This document shows, in pieces, positions 35,575 to 44,147 of a stretch of 64,000 nt of DNA. The DNA lies in IMG/VR virus record IMGVR_UViG_3300010370_000027, one strand, 5' to 3'. Source of the stretch: a virus. The first letter of the stretch is position 1. Every line of letters begins with the position of its first letter. The position numbers and the translations under genes were made by a program. The notes under the pieces are model-generated. The model ran no database searches and was not told the DNA's origin. It worked only from the letters and a program-made list of their open reading frames with translations.

Positions 35575-36527
35575 GACGACATCTTGAAGTCAAATGATAC
35601 TTCGCCCGTGTCCGCATCAACGCAAGTATTTGCGCCGATAGGTATCGGGCTCGTGAGGGGGCCGTGGGAGAAACTGTAGCCGTAAGCACAAGGTGGACCA
35701 TGACCGCAATATTCGAGAAGAACGTCTTCTACTGATGGAACCTTCCCTTCGAGATCTTTCGGTACGTCCTCAAATTGTCCAACGACAATTCCTGAAACAC
35801 TACCAAGAAAACCAGAGAGTCGCAGGTGAAGAAACTCTCGAGAAAGCTCAACGCCTTCCTTGTGAACATCCTCTACGAATAGAATCATATTCTCAGGGAT
35901 GGGCATATAGGGGGTTCCAACTAGATGGACAAAAGTGTCAAGATTTCCTCCAATAGAAATTCCCGAGACTTTTCCGGGAGATACTGTTCTTGGAAAGAAA
36001 GGATTAAAGTAGAAGGGACGAGAACCCCACAGTTGGTCGGACTTAAGCAATTCAAGAGTAAGTTTGAAAGATTCTGAGTCCGCCTCTTGAATTTTTCTTC
36101 CCTTGTCCAGACGAATAGAGGGCGTCTGGCCATTTATAGAAATGAGACCAGACTTGGTAAACAGTGCTGTGTTGATCGCAGTGAGATCAGACATTCCCAA
36201 AAATGGCTTTTGGGAAGCACGTATCTTGTCGTAATCAAGATAGGGAAGAACTGCTGCAGATCCTTCACCTCCAACAGCACCTATGACTCCTGCAATGCCA
36301 GGCTGTGAAAATGCCCAGTTGAGCTCATCAACTCTATCTCTAACAGAGCCTGCATGATCTCCTGTAGTCTTAAGATTCTTAACACAAGGTCCCAAGACAG
36401 GCTCAAGGCCGCACTCTCTGATGATATCAATTCCTGCCTGGACTTCGTCCGAGACGATAGGGCCAGAAGGAGCCACAATAGCTACGCGAGAGTTATTACG
36501 TAATCGTCTTGGAGGAAGAATTAGCAT
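35571..36527 (-). CDS. LD-carboxypeptidase (peptidase S66, LdcA/MccF family)
   Basis: IVAPS, GGEGS, GMSDLT (Ser), GGNL, LFVED (Glu), FSHG (His). Confidence 0.92.
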   Translation of the reverse strand: MLILPPRRLRNNSRVAIVAPSGPIVSDEVQAGIDIIRECGLEPVLGPCVKNLKTTGDHAGSVRDRVDELNWAFSQPGIAGVIGAVGGEGSAAVLPYLDYDKIRASQKPFLGMSDLTAINTALFTKSGLISINGQTPSIRLDKGRKIQEADSESFKLTLELLKSDQLWGSRPFYFNPFFPRTVSPGKVSGISIGGNLDTFVHLVGTPYMPIPENMILFVEDVHKEGVELSREFLHLRLSGFLGSVSGIVVGQFEDVPKDLEGKVPSVEDVLLEYCGHGPPCAYGYSFSHGPLTSPIPIGANTCVDADTGEVSFDFKMSS

Positions 36528-36542
36528 GATGTAATTATTATG

Positions 36543-37331
36543 TCAACGCTTTCTTGGGTGACCAGATCGCATAGATGAAACAGCATCATCAAAAATCTTT
36601 TCATCTCGTTCAACGCAAATCCAATTTCTATTCAACTTTCTTGCAGAAATTGCAGCTGTCATGGACCCGCCGAAGGGATCAAGAATCCAGTCGCCTTCAT
36701 TGGTGTTTGCGAGAATGGGTATCTCAAAGACCTGTAGTGGCTTCTGAGTAGGATGTACCTTACCAGAGAAGATCTCTGTGATGTCCGTCCAAACGTTGGT
36801 CCTCCGGTAGAACTCGCTCTTGGCAGGATACTTCGCATCATAACCTGCATATCCACGCTTCGTGTCGAGGTAAGGAACATTGAAGGTGGCAGGCTTCTTG
36901 ATGTTGCCCTTCACCATGTAGAGGATCTCTTCGCGAGTGGAGAGATAGTTGTGCTGAACGCCGTACGCACGCTTCTTATGCCATGTGACGAGATTGGCAA
37001 TTCTCATGGGAGTCTCATACTCCACACGATGTGCATACTCAAAGAAAGGACGGAAGCCCGGAATTCCGTATCCACCCCACACGTACATGGCACCACCGTC
37101 TACCAATAAATCAGAGAATGTGTTTGTCCAACCCACCATCCAATTAACGAAGTTTTTTTGTCCTTCGTGCCACTTATCCCACTCCTCATCGATGATGTTA
37201 CCGTAAGGAGGATCTGTGATGACTGCCTTCAGCTTAGAAGCTCCGAGAGTATTCTTGATCTCGTCGATTACCTCTTGAGAAGTGCAGTCACCACAGATCG
37301 CCAGGCCGTCTTCGAATTTCTCAATCTTCAT
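36543..37331 (-). CDS. DNA amino-methyltransferase (N6-A/N4-C, beta class)
   Basis: TDPPY, then HPTQKP and DPFGGS. Confidence 0.92.
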   Translation of the reverse strand: MKIEKFEDGLAICGDCTSQEVIDEIKNTLGASKLKAVITDPPYGNIIDEEWDKWHEGQKNFVNWMVGWTNTFSDLLVDGGAMYVWGGYGIPGFRPFFEYAHRVEYETPMRIANLVTWHKKRAYGVQHNYLSTREEILYMVKGNIKKPATFNVPYLDTKRGYAGYDAKYPAKSEFYRRTNVWTDITEIFSGKVHPTQKPLQVFEIPILANTNEGDWILDPFGGSMTAAISARKLNRNWICVERDEKIFDDAVSSMRSGHPRKR

Positions 37332-37756
37332 GTTGATCTAATCTTATCAATTAGCTCGTCAGTGTTCAACTTACGTGTAAGACGCTTCTCCTGACAAGGA
37401 TCACAGAGGGTGCGGATCCAACCACCAGGCTGCTTGTGTCCAGGAACACCGCAGTCCTCACAGATTTTGAAAGACATTGCCTCTGCCATTCGAATGGCGC
37501 CTCGGATTTCATCGTTTCCACCATAGATGTAGAAGCGAAGTCCACCGAACTTCTCCTTCACTTGTACAGCGAGAGGTTGAAGCGCTTCCTTCTCTTCATC
37601 ACTTAGTCTATAGCCAGCGTTGTCAGCTTCATTCTGAATGACTGCACAGAGACGTTCTACGAGGTCGTACCAGCCATCTCCGCACTCGGTGTACTTGAGA
37701 TTGCTGAAGATCTTTGGATACTTTTTGAATAGTTCTTCTTGCTTTTCGGGACTCAT
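37328..37756 (-). CDS. Conserved phage hypothetical protein with Zn ribbon
   Basis: GDGW, QVKEKFGGLRFY, CEDCG.PG, WIRTLC. Confidence 0.75.
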   Translation of the reverse strand: MSPEKQEELFKKYPKIFSNLKYTECGDGWYDLVERLCAVIQNEADNAGYRLSDEEKEALQPLAVQVKEKFGGLRFYIYGGNDEIRGAIRMAEAMSFKICEDCGVPGHKQPGGWIRTLCDPCQEKRLTRKLNTDELIDKIRST

Positions 37757-37762
37757 ACCAAG

Positions 37763-37799
37763 ATACTAAATTGGTCGATGCAAAGATTACATCGACCAA
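37763..37799 (-). promoter_or_regulatory. Sigma70-like leaderless promoter overlapping a 10-bp inverted repeat
   Basis: ATGTAA-N18-TAGTAT-N6-ATG; ttggtcgatg/catcgaccaa. Confidence 0.6.
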
Positions 37800-37811
37800 A
37801 TCAGAATTTAG

Positions 37812-38717
37812 CTACTTTACTTCGATAACGTCCAAGTCATCGAGAGCAATTAAAATGTCCATGATCTCTGTAGACATCTCTTCGTCGTTTTCTGCGCCTA
37901 GAGCCTTTTGAAGATCGTCTAAGAAATCACCGAATTGTTTCTTTGCTGCTTCCTTCTTCTTGTCATCAGCTTCGACGATAAGACCAGCAATCTTGCCCCA
38001 CTTCTCTACTGAAATTGACTCTGTGATCGTTCTGGACTTTTTTGCCGCGTTCAAGATAACAGTCTCGCTAATTCGACGACCTCCTTCGGCAAGTAGGTGA
38101 TTGTTCTTGATGAGCCAATTGATCACCTTTTCAGCAACCTCTGGATTTGTCTTGGTTTGCTGAGAAATCGCCTTTGCGAGTGCCTTAGAGGCCTTGGGTG
38201 AATCGATTTTCTTCTCTTGGGCTTGTGCAGCGACCTTCTCTGGGTCTTGTCCGGATGCAGCCGCTGCTGCTCTCACTATTGTCGAGATCGAAGAATCCCC
38301 AGCTGTGATGGGACTTCCCGACTTTGGAGCAGCAGTCTCAGCAGGTGCTGATCCTGATCCGCCTGTGCTGGGGGATTCTGCTGCTTTTTCTATCTTTGTA
38401 GGCTCAGCACCCGCGCCTGTAAGTATTGAATTAAGTAATTCAAGGGCTACTTCGGGAGAGACACCTGCATCCTTTGCAATAGACTTAAGATCTTGAATCT
38501 CTTTCGTGATGTTGTCTGCAGCAACCTTCACTCTTCTATTAAATTTGTTATTGGCGAAGATTTTACCTATGTCGGTAGCGCCTGTGTCCTTCACGGCTCC
38601 AAGCCAAGACTTGAGATTGTCAAACCAACCCTCAAGAATAACTTCTCGTTGGGCATCAGACAAGTTTGCTTCCAAAAGAGTCTGATATATCTTGTAGCGC
38701 AAAGCAGAATTTTCCAT
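37812..38717 (-). CDS. Leader-bearing hypothetical protein
   Basis: MENSALRYKIYQTLLE; ATAATTA upstream. Confidence 0.7.
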   Translation of the reverse strand: MENSALRYKIYQTLLEANLSDAQREVILEGWFDNLKSWLGAVKDTGATDIGKIFANNKFNRRVKVAADNITKEIQDLKSIAKDAGVSPEVALELLNSILTGAGAEPTKIEKAAESPSTGGSGSAPAETAAPKSGSPITAGDSSISTIVRAAAAASGQDPEKVAAQAQEKKIDSPKASKALAKAISQQTKTNPEVAEKVINWLIKNNHLLAEGGRRISETVILNAAKKSRTITESISVEKWGKIAGLIVEADDKKKEAAKKQFGDFLDDLQKALGAENDEEMSTEIMDILIALDDLDVIEVK

Positions 38718-38762
38718 ATTTCCTCTTCAATAAACGAATTAATTATAATCAACAGACAAATA

Positions 38763-38796
38763 AAAAACGGCAGGACTTTAAAGTCCTGCCGTTTTT
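38763..38796 (-). terminator. Intrinsic terminator after hsp20
   Basis: Perfect palindrome aaaaacggcaggacttt/aaagtcctgccgttttt. Confidence 0.85.
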
Positions 38797-38811
38797 CTAC
38801 AGTTCAATAGC

Positions 38812-39201
38812 TTACTTTACCTTGATCTCAACCGTCTTTGTTTTTGCGCTCGACGTCTTCCCGAAAGTGAGAGTGAGGACTCCGTCTTCGTGGGTAGCCA
38901 CAACAGTTTCTGGATCGTGGTCTCTGGAGAGAACGTAGGAGTACTTGAAGTCTTCTCCCCTAAGTTTTCCGGTAACTTTGATCTCACGCCCCGTGACCTG
39001 CACGGAGATGTCCTTGCTCTTTACTCCCGGTAGATCGATGGAGAGATGGAGTTCGTTGTCTTTCTCTTCCGTCCTGTACACTGAGGTGTTGGTGTACACC
39101 CTCGTACGAGACGTGGGGGTCGAGTAAAGGTCCTCTAGCGTACGAAGGGTGTCGAAGAGAGTCGGTGTCTTCAGCATCGAGTCGTATCTAATGTTCATCA
39201 T
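38812..39201 (-). CDS. Small heat-shock protein (Hsp20/alpha-crystallin)
   Basis: IDLPGVKSKDISVQV....IKVTG, ATHEDGVLTLT. Confidence 0.9.
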   Translation of the reverse strand: MMNIRYDSMLKTPTLFDTLRTLEDLYSTPTSRTRVYTNTSVYRTEEKDNELHLSIDLPGVKSKDISVQVTGREIKVTGKLRGEDFKYSYVLSRDHDPETVVATHEDGVLTLTFGKTSSAKTKTVEIKVK

Positions 39202-39209
39202 CTATTATT

Positions 39210-39275
39210 CTCCTGTGATCTTGAGGCTCATTGCCTCGTGGTCACAGGATAATCATCAGCATCGGGAAGGTAACC
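39210..39275 (-). promoter_or_regulatory. hsp20 promoter candidate and Shine-Dalgarno-occluding hairpin
   Basis: GGTTAC-N18-TATCCT; CCTGTGA..GAGGC/GCCTC..TCACAGG stem overlaps AGGAG. Confidence 0.5.
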
Positions 39276-39291
39276 CCCCACGAGAAACTTT

Positions 39292-39540
39292 TTAGACCAA
39301 AATATCTCGAGTGATTTCTGTATCTGCCTGCTTCTTTGCAGCTTCAGCGAGGTACTGTTCATGCATCTTCTCTACTGAAAAGACATACTCGGGATCAAGC
39401 GTCAACGTCCCAGGTTCACTGACATCTTCTACAAGTCTGACCTGTCTAAGAAGATCTGCACCGTCGAGGCCAAAAATAACTGCCTCCTGAAATATCTGAA
39501 TCATTCTCATTGCAACACTATCTGAAATCTTGTAGCTCAT
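39292..39540 (-). CDS. Hypothetical protein
   Basis: Start MSYKISD after GGAGA. Confidence 0.65.
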   Translation of the reverse strand: MSYKISDSVAMRMIQIFQEAVIFGLDGADLLRQVRLVEDVSEPGTLTLDPEYVFSVEKMHEQYLAEAAKKQADTEITRDILV

Positions 39541-39551
39541 TGTTTCTCCGT

Positions 39552-40142
39552 TCAAGATGGTATGTTCCTTGTAGTCTTTAACACCACGATTATTTCTGTA
39601 AATACTGATTCTTTAGATCTATCTGAAGCTACTATGTGAGCTTCTTTTGGGTTCTTGTTGACCCAGTCAGCATAAAGCTTTCTCACTTTTTCCTGAAGCT
39701 CGTTATCTTTCTCATAGACGTCTTCAGCGACGTGTGCGTGGGGCTTGCCAAGAAGCACAAGCGTGTAATCTGGTTTTCTTAGCTTTCTATAGAAATAGTT
39801 GACAAATCCGTCATCGACTCCGGCAGCCTTGCCATACACTGTCGTAGAGAGACTCCACCTGTCAAAGATGAGATAGTCATATTCGTGATCGAGATCTGAA
39901 AGTTCTTTCGTTTGAAAGAGCCAGCGATTGAGGAACTGAGTGAGCTGAAAGATTCTTGGGAATTTTTTAGCGTGTCCCTTCTCAAGCATCCAGTAAATTG
40001 CGTCGTATGTAACTTTATCGTGTATGGGAACTTCCACCACTTTAGCTTTCTTTCCGCATTGCCAAAGATATTCACAGAGTAGCGCACTCTGTGTGGCCTT
40101 GCCGCATCTATCAGGTCCTTCAATCACTATGATCTTGCTCAT
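39552..40142 (-). CDS. tmk: Thymidylate kinase
   Basis: IEGPDRCGKATQ, FDRWSLS, KPD, D.YE. Confidence 0.9.
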   Translation of the reverse strand: MSKIIVIEGPDRCGKATQSALLCEYLWQCGKKAKVVEVPIHDKVTYDAIYWMLEKGHAKKFPRIFQLTQFLNRWLFQTKELSDLDHEYDYLIFDRWSLSTTVYGKAAGVDDGFVNYFYRKLRKPDYTLVLLGKPHAHVAEDVYEKDNELQEKVRKLYADWVNKNPKEAHIVASDRSKESVFTEIIVVLKTTRNIPS

Positions 40143-40798
40143 TCGAAAGGTCCTCTTAGCTGTCCATCAACAAGCAAACCGAAAGCTTCGAGTGTGGCAT
40201 CAAACTGTCCAGTTTCCTTGACGAGTCTCAGCATCTCACCTGCCAAGTCGCGAATCTCCAGCTGGGCGTGTGTGGAGTATCGCAGTCTGAGGAAGTGAAC
40301 GAAGCTCCTGAAGTTGAACATCACGTCAGCCGTGAGCTGATTCCCGTAAGGAACATACATCCTGGCAGATTCCTTGGCTCTCTTCCGAGGAACGCCCTTC
40401 TTCTCGAGACGTGTGAGAACCTCGTGGTATCTCTTCAGGGAAGCCTCCATGTGCTCGACGTACTTCGTCTTCTCCTCTGTGTCCCAGTCTGTAGGAACGT
40501 AATACTTGTCGTCCTTCAACTCCTTGTATCGAGCTGACTCTCCGTTCACGGAGACTCCGATGCGATGCTTAATCAAATGGATATGTGAAGCAATCTCGGT
40601 CGTGCACAGGAAGTGGAGCGAACTCTTCTCGAAGGGAGTTTCGTGTCCATTCTCTGCGAGCATTTTCAGAAGCTTGGGACTTCTCTCCCTCTTCTCGTCC
40701 GTCAAATCACGAGAGGTGGAGGTCCACGCCGAAAGGGCGTGGGATTCATCTCCACCATAAAAACCGATTAATTCTACTCTGTTGAGTTGTTCGGGCAT
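40139..40798 (-). CDS. thyX: Flavin-dependent thymidylate synthase (canonical)
   Basis: GHETPFE, KHRIGVSVNGESARY, ESAR, FLRLR...HAQLEIR. Confidence 0.93.
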   Translation of the reverse strand: MPEQLNRVELIGFYGGDESHALSAWTSTSRDLTDEKRERSPKLLKMLAENGHETPFEKSSLHFLCTTEIASHIHLIKHRIGVSVNGESARYKELKDDKYYVPTDWDTEEKTKYVEHMEASLKRYHEVLTRLEKKGVPRKRAKESARMYVPYGNQLTADVMFNFRSFVHFLRLRYSTHAQLEIRDLAGEMLRLVKETGQFDATLEAFGLLVDGQLRGPFE

Positions 40799-40804
40799 GT
40801 AGTC

Positions 40805-40834
40805 ATATTACTACACACTACGTACGAATTTCAA
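40805..40834 (-). promoter_or_regulatory. Sigma70-like promoter, leaderless, for thyX-tmk
   Basis: TTGAAA-N18-TAATAT-N6-ATG. Confidence 0.68.
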
Positions 40835-41098
40835 CAACTTTTCCTCAAGAAGTTCCTTCATTTCACCCTCGAGTTCACGGAGAACGGCGTTTGCAGAAGC
40901 AAGCATTGCACGCTGCTTTGCAGGATTGTTAGCCATTTGGCTAATGTGTCTCCTGAGATGACGCTTGAGACCTTCAGTTGCGTCTGCAGCAACTTGAGAG
41001 AGTGCGAAATCAGGAATGCCTCGGGCGTAATCCTCCTTGAGGAGAGACTTCACTTCCGAGGCAATTACCTGTTTGAGAGCTTGTTGCTTCTTCATCAT
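40811..41098 (-). CDS. Hypothetical protein with shared leader
   Basis: LKQVIASEVKSLLKE. Confidence 0.65.
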   Translation of the reverse strand: MMKKQQALKQVIASEVKSLLKEDYARGIPDFALSQVAADATEGLKRHLRRHISQMANNPAKQRAMLASANAVLRELEGEMKELLEEKLLKFVRSV

Positions 41099-41529
41099 TC
41101 CTCAGGGACAGAGGCGACTTGAACAGCTGCCTCCATCATGCGCTTTGCATAGGCCTGAATGGCGTTTGAGATATCAGTCGCGAGCTCCATCTGAGCCTCA
41201 TAGATGTCGTGCATCTCGAGCTCATCTTCCCAGGCGCTTGGAGTCATGTTAACTACACCTGAAAGTCTCATGTAAGAAGCAAGGCTCCTATACAAGACTC
41301 TGTTGATCTGAGGAATGAAGTCACGTGAATAATTCGTGACATCATCTTCAATATCTTTGACAAACTTTTCGGGAGCTCCCTCAAGGCCGCTCTCCTCAAA
41401 CATGAGAGCTTCAGACATCAAAGACTTCTTCCTGTTCTCGTACATGCTCTCGTGCAAGTTCTTTCTGACTTCTGCTTCCTCGCTGATAAGGCCGTTGATC
41501 TTGTCAAGTTGTCTCTGGGTAAGTTTCAT
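41095..41529 (-). CDS. Hypothetical protein with shared leader
   Basis: MKLTQRQLDKINGLISEE; ATAGTTA upstream. Confidence 0.65.
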   Translation of the reverse strand: MKLTQRQLDKINGLISEEAEVRKNLHESMYENRKKSLMSEALMFEESGLEGAPEKFVKDIEDDVTNYSRDFIPQINRVLYRSLASYMRLSGVVNMTPSAWEDELEMHDIYEAQMELATDISNAIQAYAKRMMEAAVQVASVPEE

Positions 41530-41551
41530 TTTCGACTCCGAACTTAACTAT

Positions 41552-44065
41552 TCACCCGCACTTGGAATTTCCGCAAGATTTACAGGTGAGACAACCTTCC
41601 TGATAGACGAGTCCGTCTGTAGCGCCACAAGATTGACAATTCTTATCAGAAGTTGACTTTGTTCCGTCAGGAATATACCCCTTAAGAACTCGAGAAATAA
41701 CTCTCGAGAAGCTCTGCATGTCGCTGTGCTTATCCTTCTGAAGCTGTTCAACAACGTATTGAACTGGGATACCGTGACGCAGAGCAAGAGAGAGCGAGCG
41801 TGTGAAAGCACCATGAAGAGGATTAGCGAAGAGCTCGACAACATCCTTAAAGACAACTACATCGTCGTCTCCGACGGGAATAGAGAGATTGTAAGTTGCA
41901 ACACCGTCCTTCTTGCCGTTCTTGATAAGAGTTCCATGCTTTGCCTTCTTTGGCACTTCGACGTGTGAAGAGAGTCCACAGAATACTTCGTAAGGCTTTC
42001 CTTCCATCATTCCGACAAGAACAAGATAGCTTTCCGTACCGGCAGAACCCTTTACGTTAATTCTATGAATATCGCAGGGTAATTCCTTAAGACGCTTTGG
42101 TGCGTGATTCTCTGTGATTGCAACAGGCTGACCGTCAGTTTGCACTTCTTCTTTCTTTGGTTCATCAGAAACGAGAACACCTGTCCTGCATCCATCGCGA
42201 TAGACAGTGAACCCCTTGCATCCGGACTCCCACGCTGCCATGTAGACCTGAGCGACGGTTTCCTTGGACGTTGCATTGGGAAGGTTACATGTCTTCGAGA
42301 GAGAGTGACACACCCACTTCTGAGCAGCAGCTTGAAGCTTCACAGACATCTCCCAGTCAACGTCATTCGACGTGGCCTTCCAATACGGAGACTCCTCAAC
42401 ATTGTCTCCCTTTCCTGTCACTTCCATCCACTTCTTATAACCGTGGTGATAAACCTTATACTCCTGCCACTTGTCACCGAGCTGATCTACAAAGTCCACG
42501 CGGGCGTCTACGTCTGTCGATGTAATCTTCTTCCTGCGTGTATAGGAGACCAAAAACGCCGGCTCAATGCCACTTGTTGTTTGCGTTAAACAAGAAACAG
42601 AGCCTGCCGGTGCTGTAGTGGTAAGGGCTATGTTCCTACGACCATACTTTAGGTAATCTGATCGAAGCTCTGGATCTGCAGAAATCACCTTCTGGATAAA
42701 CTGATGATCTGCTTCGAGCTTGTGGGAGAAGATCGGAAATGCACCGCGCTCTGCTGCCATTCGAACAGAAGATCGATAGGCGTTCACTTCGAGAACCTTG
42801 TAGATCTCTTCTGTCTTGTCAACCGATTCCTGAGATCCATAGCGGATGTTAAGTGCTGCGAGAGCATCTCCCATGGCGGTAATACCCAGGCCTGTTCGAC
42901 GTCCCTTCGAAGCAGCGTCCTTAATCTTTCTCCACAATGCTAGCTCAGAGTGCTTTACGGCCTCAGATTCAGGATCTGATTCGATCTTGGCTATAATTGT
43001 ATCAACTGCTTCGAGCTCTAGATCGACAAGATCGTCCATGAGACGCTGAGCAACCTTAGCCGCACGGCCGAAGGCGACATAATCGAATGTTGCACCTGCA
43101 TCATACGGATTCTTCACGAACTTAGCGAGGTTGAGCAGAAGGAGTCGACAAGAGTCGTACGGAGAAAGAACAATCTCGCCACATGGATTGGTAGAGACAG
43201 ATCCGTACCCAAGAGAGGCATATGCCTCTGTAGGGGTTGCCTTCTTAACAGTGTCCCAGAAAAGAAGACCTGGTTCTGCAGACGTCCAAGCAGCATCGAT
43301 GATCTGATCCCAGACTTCCTTGGCCTTGACAGTCTTGGTGACCTTTGCATCATTCACAGAAGCGTCAACAGGCCAGCGAAGCGTGTATTCAGATTCATCC
43401 TTTACGGCTTGCATGAAGTCGTCAGTGAGGCGAATTGAGATGTTGGCACCAGTAACCTTCTTGAGATCACGCTTGATATTGATGAATGTTTCAATCTCAG
43501 GATGGTTAACCGAGACGGTCAACATGAGAGCACCTCTACGGCCACCCTGTGCAACCTCACGGCAAGTGTTGGAGAAGCGCTCCATGAATACGCCGATGCC
43601 GTCAGTTGTGCCTGCGGCGTTGGCTGTGTGCATTCCCTTGGGACGAATTGTGGAGATATCGAATCCAACACCACCTCTACGCTTCATGATCTGCGCCTGC
43701 TCCTGGTCGGCGAAGAGGATACCACCGTATGAATCTTCAGGCGCCGCAATGACAAAACAGTTAGACAGAGACTGAATCTTGTAGGGATTTCCCATTGCAG
43801 ACATAGGAGAGCCCTGTGGAACAATCTCCCACTTAGACAAGTATTCGAAGATCTCCTCTTCGCCTAGAGGATTTGGATACTTCGCCTCGATTCGTGCGAA
43901 CTCCTTTGCGAGTCGACGATGCATGTCTGCAGGTGTCTTCTCGAGGAGCGATCCTGACGAATCGCGTAGTGCGTACTTCGATAGAAACACTGAGGCTGCT
44001 AACTCATCTCCCCCAAAGTATTCCAACGAACTTGCGTAAGCTTCTTCCTGCGTATACCTTGTCAT
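41552..44065 (-). CDS. nrdJ: Class II (B12-dependent) ribonucleotide reductase
   Basis: SNCFV, GGVG, GGRRGALM, TNPCGE..L...DSC, RRTGLG, TTAPAG, C-terminal TSCPD-like region and Zn ribbon; alternative TTG start at 44083. Confidence 0.93.
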   Translation of the reverse strand: MTRYTQEEAYASSLEYFGGDELAASVFLSKYALRDSSGSLLEKTPADMHRRLAKEFARIEAKYPNPLGEEEIFEYLSKWEIVPQGSPMSAMGNPYKIQSLSNCFVIAAPEDSYGGILFADQEQAQIMKRRGGVGFDISTIRPKGMHTANAAGTTDGIGVFMERFSNTCREVAQGGRRGALMLTVSVNHPEIETFINIKRDLKKVTGANISIRLTDDFMQAVKDESEYTLRWPVDASVNDAKVTKTVKAKEVWDQIIDAAWTSAEPGLLFWDTVKKATPTEAYASLGYGSVSTNPCGEIVLSPYDSCRLLLLNLAKFVKNPYDAGATFDYVAFGRAAKVAQRLMDDLVDLELEAVDTIIAKIESDPESEAVKHSELALWRKIKDAASKGRRTGLGITAMGDALAALNIRYGSQESVDKTEEIYKVLEVNAYRSSVRMAAERGAFPIFSHKLEADHQFIQKVISADPELRSDYLKYGRRNIALTTTAPAGSVSCLTQTTSGIEPAFLVSYTRRKKITSTDVDARVDFVDQLGDKWQEYKVYHHGYKKWMEVTGKGDNVEESPYWKATSNDVDWEMSVKLQAAAQKWVCHSLSKTCNLPNATSKETVAQVYMAAWESGCKGFTVYRDGCRTGVLVSDEPKKEEVQTDGQPVAITENHAPKRLKELPCDIHRINVKGSAGTESYLVLVGMMEGKPYEVFCGLSSHVEVPKKAKHGTLIKNGKKDGVATYNLSIPVGDDDVVVFKDVVELFANPLHGAFTRSLSLALRHGIPVQYVVEQLQKDKHSDMQSFSRVISRVLKGYIPDGTKSTSDKNCQSCGATDGLVYQEGCLTCKSCGNSKCG

Positions 44066-44147
44066 GTTTAAAGTTGTCTCCAAGTTGGGTCTAATAACTA
44101 TACAGATCTCTTATGTCGAGTGATTTCGAGATTCGAAAACCATTATA

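Noticed and set aside
35044-37331. HNH plus methyltransferase as a restriction-modification system or homing element
   Set aside because: The genes are separated by the peptidase with its own promoter motif; the HNH is the common stand-alone McrA-like type and sits in no intron
41548-41856. 102-aa ORF inside the 3' end of nrdJ
   Set aside because: Alternative frame of a conserved domain, with no independent signals
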